A stretch of DNA of 64,000 nt from Geosiphon pyriformis uo1 (Eukaryota > Fungi > Glomeromycota), in the NCBI GenBank assembly GCA_016748015.1, contig JAAOMT010000599.1, forward strand, positions 520,589 to 584,588. The letters run 5' to 3'. Shown one piece after another: positions 24,068 through 34,399 of the stretch (positions are counted from its first letter, which is position 1; every line of letters begins with the position of its first letter). Made by a program: the position numbers and the translations under genes. The notes beneath the pieces were generated by a model. That model had not been told where the DNA came from, ran no database searches, and saw only the letters and a program-made list of their open reading frames with translations.

Positions 24068-27000
24068 TTAATTTAATGTGTTGTTATCAATAATAATAAT
24101 TGGTTCCAGATCTCGTGAAATCTCATCTGATTGGACTAGTATTCTCTGTACTCCTAATTGTGGAATATTACTGGTAGATGGTAGTGTGATGTTGTGATAT
24201 GGTTTCAGTCGATCTCCATGTACTGCTTTGGTTAAAATTTTGTTATCCAATCTTAATTTGTAAGCTCTATTTCCTAGAATTTTTTCTATGTGAAATAGTC
24301 CATCCCATTTGGAGTTAAATTTTCTACTCTATTGTTTTTCCACTTTGGTATGATGTAGTAATACTTTGTCTCCGATCTTGAATTCAACTGGTTTGTTTGG
24401 TAGTTGGCTATCGTGTCTTTTTTTCTGTGTTTCTTGTGACTTTTGGATATTATCAGCTGCTCTTTTTTGTTTGTTTTTCAATGTTTCCATTAAGTCATAT
24501 GTTCTTCTTAACAATGTTTCTTGAAAATTTTTCTCTGTTATTGATTCAGCTAAATATGTATTAATTTCTTTTTCTACTGGTAACGTTGCTATTCTTCCAT
24601 ATACTAATTCAAATGGTGTTGCTTGTATAGTATCCTGTTTCATTGTCCGATAAGCAAATAGTACTGATGGTATGAACAAATCCCAATCGTTCTGGTTTTC
24701 TTGGCTAAGCTTGGCTATTGCTTTATACAATGTTCTGTTGAATCTTTCTACTAATTTATTGGTTTGTGGATGGTATGGTGATGATAATGGTCTCTTGATT
24801 CCGAATCTTTGGCTCAATTTTGTTAATGTTCTGTTCACAAAATGAGTTTCTTGGTCTGATAATAATTCTTTTGGACATCCATGTCGACAAATCAAATTCT
24901 GATGAACAAATTTGGCAACGGATTCTGCATTCGCTCTTTGAATTGCTTTCGCCTCTGGCCATTTAATAAGATAGTTCATAGCTACTGCTATGTATCTGTT
25001 TTCTCTGCTGGTGATTGTTAATGGTCCGACTAAATCAATTCCCATATGGTCAAATGGTTGTCCTACTTTGATTAGTCTTAATGGTTCACTGGGTTTTGTT
25101 CCTCCTCTTCGCTGACAAGCATCACAATTTTGAACATATTGAATGATGTCTGGATACATTGATGGCCAATAGTATCTTTTTCTGGTTCTTTCCATGGTTG
25201 CTTCTTTGTGAAAATGTCCTGCTGTTGGATTTGAGTGCATGTTGAATAATATTGTCTCTTTTTCTGGCTCTGTAATTACTCTGGTTGGTTGATCTGGATC
25301 CCTTCTATTTTTCCAATAAAGTATATTTTGGTGAGTGATAAAATATTTTGATTGTTGTTTGATACTCCTTTATTCTGTATGAGATAAATTCTCCTTGAAC
25401 TGTTGAGTGTTTAGATAATGTTGTAATTGTTGATATTTTTGTATGTTCATCTTTTGTTGTATTTTTCCATTGGTATTGTTCTGGTTTTCTTATATTTTTG
25501 GGTTGAAATGTTCTTAGATTTGTCTTATTCACGATAAAATGTCAGCATTTCTGTTGTCCTTTTCCTTTTTGTAATGTATAGTATAATTGTATAGTGCAAG
25601 TGCCATTTTCTATCTTGACTGTCTTCCATTTCCAAATTCTTGTTTTTGGAGTAATGTTAATTCCTTGTGATCTGTGTATACTTTAAATTTCTGGCTCAAG
25701 TATTTTTTCTATTTCATGACGACCCAGTATATTACTAAGTGTTCTTGTTCCAGTGTTTTATAGTTCTTTTCGGCTGGTGTTAAACCTCTGCTGGCATATG
25801 CTACTGGATGTTCTCTGCCATCTAGTCCTCTCTGAGATAATACTGCTTCCAATGCTTGGCCAGATGCATCAGTGGTAATGATGAATAGTTTGCTGTAATC
25901 TGGATAGATCAGTACTAGAGCTTGGATGAGCTTTTTCTTCAGAATATTAAAAGCTTCTTGTTGACTTTTTGTCCATTCATATTTCACATTTTTGTTTTGC
26001 AGTTGATTGAGTGGCTGCGCTATCTTGGAAAAGTTCTTGATAAAACAACGATAGTAGCTGGCAAATCCCAAAAATGATTTCAGTTCTGTTATATTGGTTG
26101 GCACTAGAAAGTTCTTTACTATCTCTATTTTCTCTGGATCTGTTTTGATGCCATCTTTGCTAACTATGTGTTCCAAGAATTTGAGTTCTGTCTTGCCAAA
26201 GAAGCATTTTGTTGTATTTAACTTTAGTTCTACTCTTCTTAGTCTTTCAAACACTTGTTGAAGATAATGAAGATGATCATCAAATGTCTTTGAGAATACA
26301 TTGGTGTCATTTAAGTATACAACTACTGATTTCCACAATAAGCCCATATAAATGATTTCCATTAGCCATTGGAAAGTTGCTGGGGCATTGGTTAAGCCGA
26401 ATAGCATCACTTTAAATTCGAAATTCTCTTCTCTAGTAGTAAATGCCATCTTCTCTTTGTCAGCTAAATTCATGACTACTTGCCAATAACCACTGTCCAA
26501 ATCTAATGTGGAGAACTATTTGTTCCCCCCAAAAGCATCAAATAATTTTTGTATTCGTGGAGTTAGATAACTGTCTTCACGAGTTACACCATTGAGTTTC
26601 CTGTAGTTTACACAAAACCAGATTTTTTCATTTTTCTTATGGACAAGTACCACTGGTGATGACCATGGACTCATTGATGGTTGAATTAGCCCGTTGTCAA
26701 GCATTCTGTTTATCTCTTGACAAATAATCTCGTGGCTGGCTGGTGGCACTCTGTATGCTCTTTGTTTGATTGGCATTGTATCTCCAGTCTTGATCTGATG
26801 CTGGATGATGTCAGTTTGGCCAAACTCATTTTCGCTGGCAAAGATGTCATTGAAATTGTTGAGTAACATCTTGAGCTGCATACATTGGAGTGGATCTAAG
26901 TTTCCCATGTTCATTTGTTCCAATTGTTCTGGTTGGAGCAAATAACATTCATCTCATCCATAGATTGTTTGTGATGTGATGTTAACATATCCACAAAGTT

Positions 27001-30000
27001 GTGGAAAGTCTGGAATGGGATTTGGTGATTGGTTTTCTATTTCTGTGGTTAAGTATCCAATAGTAGTTCCTTCTGGTATGTTGATGACATTGCCAGTGTT
27101 GTTGTAGATGAGAATTTTTATGCTGCTATAGCTTTTGGCTAGTATGTGGAGATTGATCAACCCAATATCTCCTGATTCACAAAGGCTTACTTCTGCTTCA
27201 AAAATTTGTTCTTGCTCTTTTTTCTTTTTTTCTATTGCTAATATGTACTGGCTATATAGTGGGATGAAAATAGCTTGACCAGTTGAGATAATTTCTCCTT
27301 GGTCAACAATTTTTTCCTTAGCCATATTAACTAGTACATCTATTCTACCTGTTAATCCAAATTCTTGTATCCTTCTTGCTGTTATTCTTAATTTCTCTCT
27401 ATTTCCCATTGATACTAATTGAGCTACTCTAACCAGAAGCAGGAATATTGCTTGTGCTATCTTTTTGTTGGGTTCTATTATATAAGGTTTTTCTGAGTCA
27501 TTTTGTAGCATGGTAATAATATTTCCTATATATCCCGTATCAATTATTCCTCCTCTTATATTAATCCCTCTTTTCGCTAAACTACTTCTAGATGTTAATT
27601 GAATCATTGTTGTTGCCGGAATTTCTAGTGCTATTTTCAGATCAATGCAGGTGCATGAATGCGGTTCCAATTTGATGGCATCTTTTCCTAAGTATCTCAG
27701 ATCAAACTCTGCATCAGTATTATGCACACATTCTGGCATAATACTTTCCCCATTGTCACTATACTATTTCAACTCTTGTTTCTTGGAGAGGTCTGGTAGT
27801 GCAATGTATTGTTTGTAGTTTAAATTGGAGTTTGAATCTGAGTTGGAATCATTGTCATTGTCATTGTCATTTTGAATGGAGCTTAAACTGTTGTTGTTGT
27901 CATCATTGTCGGAGTTTGAATCGCAATTAATTGGCGATTCTGATTCTGATGTGCAGCTGCTAATTGGTTCTTCTTTTTCAGGGATCGAGTAGATCATGCG
28001 TGGTGGTAGATTGTAAATGAGGTCACACTCATCACAATACTGGAAGTCACAGGGAATTAGGCAGTGTTGACATAGTTGAGCATTCAACTGCTTTAACCAT
28101 TGTTCTTGTTCTTCCCTTGTGGGTGCTAATTCTTGGTAGTGTTCATGGAATTGTTCCAGATCCAGGAGGTTTATAATGGGTTCTGTGTCCCAGTCAAGCT
28201 TTAAAGATTCTGGGGGGTTGCCTTTGATTGTTTTTATCTCTTCTGGCATCGCTCCTTCGATTTTGGCAAATGCCATTCGCCAAATTTTGTCATCGTCATG
28301 TGGACAACTGTCTAATCATCGTACTGCTCTTTGCCAAGCGGCTTTGATTGGTGTCCCCTTTTTAACCCAGTCACTGATCAGAATCATGTATTGACACTCT
28401 ATGTTGCACATTCCTCCACGTTCAGGAATATCATGCCATATTCTTTCATCCAATAAAGTCTCTCCACAAGCTAAGCATGGCTAATTGTCCCATTTCTCTA
28501 CTTATTTTGGTTTTCCAAAGCATTCAAGGATGCATGGGCAGCAATAGAACCTAGTTGCTGTTGAATATTCTTCATCATCCCCACAGCATGCGTCTATTGA
28601 CGACAATTTCTTGTCACAATCAACACATATAAGCTTAGGTTAACAATAAGTAGATCGTTGTGGTATAGTATAGGTGTTATAAGTGGTGGATGTTTGGGTG
28701 GTCTCTTCTTCTTTCCCTTTTCCTTTATTTTCTTTGTCCTCTTTCTATTCCCAGCTTAAAGTTGGTTCGCTCTCGTCATTGTCGGTCCATGTCAGGTCAT
28801 CGGTTTCCCAAGTAAGTTCTTCTTTTTGTTTCCTTTTTCCCTTGTTGTTGTCATTCCAGAAGAGTATTGGCAGTAGTTCATTGTGCTCTTCGTCAGCCCA
28901 TGACACTTGATAGGCTTCCCAGGTAGGCTTCGGTTTCTCTTCGTCAAAGTCGATTAGTGGTGCCATGGTGTTGGTAGCCTTGAAGTGGCCACATATTGCT
29001 GATACTCGTGTGTGTTTTTCATTCTGGCTGAGTATTAACTCTTGGGTCATCCAATTGAGCACAGCATTGGTTTTGGACAGCCAGTCATTACCAACTAGGG
29101 CTTAGTATTAGGTGGCATCCATTACTAAGACTTTGATAAGTACTATGATGCCATTAATTTCTATAGGGAAATCATTTATTTCACTGATAGGTGTTTTGGT
29201 GGCACCATTGGCAGTGATGATTCTAGTGCTGGCAGCTCGATCAACTTGGTGACCTAATTGATCCATAAGCTGTTTTGTGATTATGCTGCCAGCTGATCCA
29301 CTATCTAGGATGAGTTTGATGGGGTGACCATCAACTCTGACATCTGTGTACATTGCTGTTATGGGTTTCTTTTTGAGGGCAGCTCCACTGAATAATGGTA
29401 TTGTTGTGTTTTCTTTGAGTTCAAAGGAAAAGATGGCTGTTAGGGATTCGTCACTAGAGATGGTTGCCAGTGGAATCGTGTTGGTAGGCATGTGCTGATT
29501 GGATTCCGTGTTGTTGGATATGGCATCTTCTGAGGTAACCAAAAGACTTAAATAGTGTTGGGAATTTGGGTTTTGGATGTGACTGGTATCTAAATTCCAG
29601 GTACGTGATCCTGATGATGGATTTAGCGAACTGGGGATTGGTTGGTAAACAACCATTGCCAATCTCCAGTTTTGAGTAACTCTGGATTGAGGGTTGTCTG
29701 ATGTTATTTGAGCTGGGTTCTGGGACGGTGCTTGAATTGGTTGGGATTGATAGATGATTTGTGGCTGCGGTTAATATATTACTTGTGGCTACGGCTGATA
29801 AATTGGAAGTTGATACACTGGCAGTTGATAGATTGGTTGCTGCATTATTGGCAGGTAATTATTTCAATATTGGTCTTGACTTTGATTTGGATAATGATTC
29901 GGAGTTTGGAACTGGCAATTGGGGTTTCGAGATTGATTTTCCGATCATTGGTTATTTAAATGCTAACAACAGTCCATTTGGATATGCCCTTGTTTACCAC

Positions 30001-31777
30001 AATAGTGGCAGATACACGTTTTCTGTTGCCACTGTTGATTGGTCGATGCAGATGGACGTGATTGAGTTTGAGCACAATTAGAGTTTCCTTGATTATTGTG
30101 TCATTGTGGAGGCTGATAGATGGCGTGATTGTCAGCTAAGTATCCTTCTAATCTCTTATTAATTGATTCACTGATCTTCTCCAATTTGGAATCCAGTTCA
30201 GATAATCCATTCATTACTAGATTAATGGCTTGGGCATGGTTAGTCTTGGACTCCGCGGATTCAAAATCTCTGGTGCATGTAACTGCGTCTTGAAAAATAC
30301 CTGGATGTAACGGATGTACATGTTGCAAGATGCTGCTGCACAGACCGCAGATGAACTGATTGAGTATCTATGATGCTGTGAAATAGTTGGCATTAATTGC
30401 TTGAATTTGGTGTAGGTTTTGATGGAAGCGTCCCAGGTAAGTGGTGACTGCTTCAGTTTCTTCTTGTTTCATGGTGGTGAATGCATTAACTAGGCAATTG
30501 ATGCTGTTATTGTTGCTGAAGTATCTTAGGAATTCCACTTTGAAGGCATTAAAATCTTGTGGTTTATTAATCAAGCTCTGGTACCATGAATCAGCAGTAT
30601 CTTTGAGAAAGTAGAGAATGGCTTGCATTGCTCTAATGTCATTTCATCCATTGACTGTGATGGCCTTTTCTACATCATTCAGCCATACTTGAGTGTCATC
30701 CTTTTCACCTGTAAAGTTGTCAAGTTTTGCGATTGGTGTGTAGGCTATTGGATCTAAGTTAGGGGGTTGTAATGGTTGTTAAAGCAGTTGTTGTTGTCCT
30801 GGCTGTTGTGGTGGTAGCTGAAGTGGCTGCTGTATGGGTTTGGCTATGGGATTAATTGGCAGTTAATTGATGATGATTACCAGAGGTAAGTTTTGCTGAT
30901 TAATTAATTCAGGGTTTTGATTTCATTGATTTGGCAGCATTTGAATATTTGGGGTTTCAATTTCTGGATTTTCTAACTGTTGCTGAGTTTAAATGTTTGG
31001 GGTTTCAACTTCAGGGTTTTTAGTGATCAGGTGTTGGTAAGTAAATTCTTGATCCTCTGATTCTTCTTCCTTCTTTTCTGATTCTGCTGCTTTCCATGGA
31101 TCAGAAATTCCGAAATCTGGTGGAGGTGGTGGTGATCGAAGTTCTGATGAGGTTGATGATCACGAATTAAATCCCTCAAAGTATTCGTCGTATGGTTTTA
31201 GCAATTCTGTTTTCCTTTGTCTATTTTGGAATGAGAATCATCCAAATGCTGATGTTGGAGTTGATGGGAATGCATCAGTTGATGATATGTTGATGGTGCT
31301 TCCAAGTGTATAGTGGTAAAATAGATTGGTTGGTGATTCAATTCTTGTTTTCTTCCAAGTGGGTGGTTGTATCTTTTTGGGTGTTACTGCTGGTGTTTGT
31401 AGTTTCCCTTTGCTTTTACTGGTGTAAGTAATTGGATATCTTTGTTGGGTGTAATGTTCAATTTTTTTGTTGATTTCCATAATGATAGATGCGAAATTAT
31501 GATTTGTTGGCAAGTTGGTGTTTTGAATTAACTCCTTATAGAAAGTTTTTTTTGCTGATTCAGTATTCACTGGTGTTTCTAATAAAGAGAAAATCTTTTT
31601 GTTGATGTAGAAGTTGAAGGCTGATTCGGCAGATATATGATTGTGGTTTAATCCCAAGTATTAACAATAGTGTTGAAATAAGAATTTTGCAAATCCTAAA
31701 TGGTTTGCTCCTATATTTTCTGATTCTGCCACTTTTGGATGGTGTTTGTTGGTGCTAGTTCTCTGTAGGATTATACC
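24068..31777 (-). pseudogene. E4 single-frame gag-pol (~2570 codons, interrupted by point-mutation stops)
   Basis: ORF fragments starting at 31657, 30628, 30328, 29662, 29062, 28276, 27739, 26941, 26500, 25240 and 24250 all share one frame, covering Gag, CCHC, PR, Cys-rich block, dUTPase, RT, RNase H and IN. Confidence 0.93.
27344..27739 (-). pseudogene. dUTPase domain in E4 pol (also E3 ~11960-12344, E2 ~19010-19400, E5 ~55980-56372, E6 63451-63830)
   Basis: All five trimeric dUTPase motifs in the cross-copy consensus: DAGFDL, ASRSSLA, GGIIDAGYxG, KIAQ, RGIQGFGSTG. Confidence 0.92.
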
Positions 31778-31794
31778 TCACAAAGAACACCAAA

Positions 31795-32650
31795 TGTTAT
31801 AGGTGATTATTTCTGCTGTTGAATTAAATAACAAACCCATAACTTGGTGCTCAAAACTAATTGCAATTGATAGTAATCTGAAGGTTTTGGTTGAGTTCTT
31901 TGTATAATGGACAGAGATTCAATAGTGTCAATAGTAGATGTATCTTTCCAAGAGTTTTCCCAATTTCTTTCTCAGCGTGGTGGCCAGATTTAATCTGGCA
32001 ATCATGTCCTTCTGGTAAGCTATCCGATAATATATAAAATCTTATTCATATTTCTGGGTCTTTTACTAGGCTATCCTTGACATCAATAACTCAGCACTTT
32101 AATCTTTAATCAATTAGTATACAACAACAAATCACAATAAAATAAAGAAAAAGAAATAAAAAAAAGAAAATAAAGAAAGAAAAGAAATAAGCCAAGGCAA
32201 TTTACAGATTAGTATCCTGTCAATAGCCATGATCAAGAGCTATTGTTCCAGCATGGTTAAGTATCAATTATTATCAACATGAAAGGTTGATAGTGGGGAG
32301 TAGATTGAGATATGAAATAATTATTTATTTGATGATTGTATTTCTAGGCTAAGAATTCTGTGGTATCGATTCTGCCTTTTCTGTTTTTAACACTACTGCT
32401 ATATATACATAATTGAGATTCCTCAATTCCTCGATTTTTCACGACAGGAATCCTGCAATTTCTGGAATCCTGCAATTCCTTTGAGAGGAATCCTAGAATT
32501 CTGGAATCCTGCAATTCCTCATTGGGGAATCCTGAAATTCCTGGAATCCTGCAATTTCTGAGAGGAATCCTGGAATTTCATATTTATTATGCTTACTTCT
32601 AATTGGCTAATAATTATGCTAATATATTTTCTATATTTCTATAAATAACA
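31795..32650 (-). repeat. 5' LTR of E4
   Basis: Paired with 22518-23373 and adjacent to PBS 31776-31792. Confidence 0.94.
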
Positions 32651-32654
32651 ATGG

Positions 32655-33430
32655 TTTCAATTTTGGGGTTTTTGATAATTGGGTTTTAGTAATTGAATTC
32701 CTGATTGTTGTTTTCTTCTTTCTTTTTTTCTAATTCCATTACTTTCCAAGAACTTGCAATTCTGAAATCTGGTGGAGGTGACAGTGATTGAAATTCTGAT
32801 GGCATTGGTAATTGCGACTTAAATCTCTCAAAATATTTACTGTAGATTTCTAATAGATCAGTTTTTGATTGTTTATTTTGAAAGGGTATTTATGCCAATA
32901 AGGTTTTTGTATTTGATGTGAACGCACCTGTTGATAAGATATTGATAGCACTTTCAAATATATAGTAGTATAATAAATTTGTTGGTAATTCAAGTCTTGT
33001 TTTCTTCCAAGTAGGTGGTTGTATTTTTTGAGGTGTTACTGTTAGTGTTTGTAGTTTTTTTTTGCTTTTGTTTGTGTAGGTGATTGGATATCTTTGTTGA
33101 GTGTAAATTTCAATTTCTTTATTAATTTCAGTAAAGATTGCTGTGAAATTATAATTTACTAGTAGGCTGGTATTTTGGATTAATTTATTATAGAAATTTC
33201 CTCTGGCTGAATTGGTTTCTACTGATACTCTTAATAAATATGAGATTCTTTTATTAACATAGAAATTGAAGACTGATTCTATTGATAAGTAATTGTTAGT
33301 TAATTTCAAGTGTTAACAGTAGTATTGGAATAAAAATTTGGCAAATCCTAAATGGTTTGTTCCTATTTTTTCTGGTTCTGCCACTTTTGAATAGTTGTGT
33401 ATTAGTGCTGGTTTTCTATAGAATTATATC
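32655..33430 (-). pseudogene. E2 gag N-terminal segment
   Basis: ORF 32890-33309 is homologous to the Gag N-terminus of E3, E4 and E6 (FNFYVN..IS.LL, EINKEIE..TQQRYPITY). Confidence 0.88.
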
Positions 33431-33447
33431 TTACAAAGAGCACCAAA

Positions 33448-34345
33448 TGTTACAAGTAAATATTTGGGGTCTCAAAGCAAATAACAAACCCATAATTTGG
33501 TGCTCAATTGATGACATTAGTAATGTCTGAAGGTGTTTCAATCTGAAGGTTTTGATTAAAGTTCTTTGTATAATGAACAAAGATTTCCATGTTATTTTAT
33601 TCATAGCTTTTCGGAATTGCAATTCTGTCAATTTTTTTCTTAACATGATAGCTGGCAATTCTCTAGTAAGCAATTCGTAATTTTTATGCATTCTATCTAC
33701 TTGCAAAAGTCTTTTACCAGGCAATTCTTAACATCAATACTTAGTGCTTAATCCTCAATCAATTAGCATACACAACAAAAATAAAACAAAAATAAAAGAG
33801 ATAAAAAAAAATAAAGACAATAAGCCAAGGCAATATAAATTAGTATCTTATTAATAGCCATAATCAAGAGCTATTGTTTTCATGTGTTTTAAGTATCAAT
33901 TACTATCAACATTTAGAGTTAATAGCAAACAACTGGATTTAAGATGCTGAATATGTATATTTATTAATATTTTGGAATGATATGGTTTCTAACTGGAGAA
34001 TAGTAATTAAGAAATTTCTGTTTGAAGATTTCCCTTTTTTGCTTCTAATACTACTATTATATATATGTATTTTCTAATTTTACAGGATTGCTTTGAATCA
34101 TCTGTTCTTGCTAGCTATTGTTTTGTTTTCTTACATTATAACTAATTATCTTATGTTATAATATGTTATCTGATGTTATTATATATTATTCTATATTATT
34201 CTACATTATAAAACGTTATCCTATGTTATAACATGTTATCCAACATTATTGTATGTTATTCTGTGTCTCTTCACATTTCATCACGTTTTTTTTCAAATCA
34301 CATTTTTTCTTCTTTCTTTAATAGGCTTTCTTTCTTCAAGTAATA
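33448..34345 (-). repeat. 5' LTR of E2 (898 bp; distinct U3)
   Basis: tgttac at 33448 next to PBS 33429-33445; matches 4173-4831. Confidence 0.9.
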
Positions 34346-34399
34346 ATATAATAAATAAGATACTATAATCTGTAAAAGTTTAAAATTTAAATTTTGTTT

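Larger units (their letters stand above)
22518..32650 (-). mobile_element. Full-length nested Ty3/gypsy element E4 (10.1 kb, dUTPase family)
   Basis: 856-bp LTRs 22518-23373 and 31795-32650, perfect 4-bp TSD ATGG (22514-22517 / 32651-32654), PBS 31776-31792, PPT AAAAGGAGGGAA. Confidence 0.96.
4173..34345 (-). mobile_element. Ty3/gypsy element E2 (dUTPase family), host of nested E3 and E4; 3' LTR interrupted by E1
   Basis: Partial 3' LTR 4173-4831 matches 5' LTR 33448-34345. Internal gag-pol is split into 5680-7121, 17246-22513 and 32655-33430, which rejoin collinearly across the nested elements. Confidence 0.9.

Noticed and set aside
24043-24070. Pol-ORF3 stop readthrough (same frame in E4)
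   Set aside because: In E3 the two ORFs are in different frames, so the phase is not conserved.
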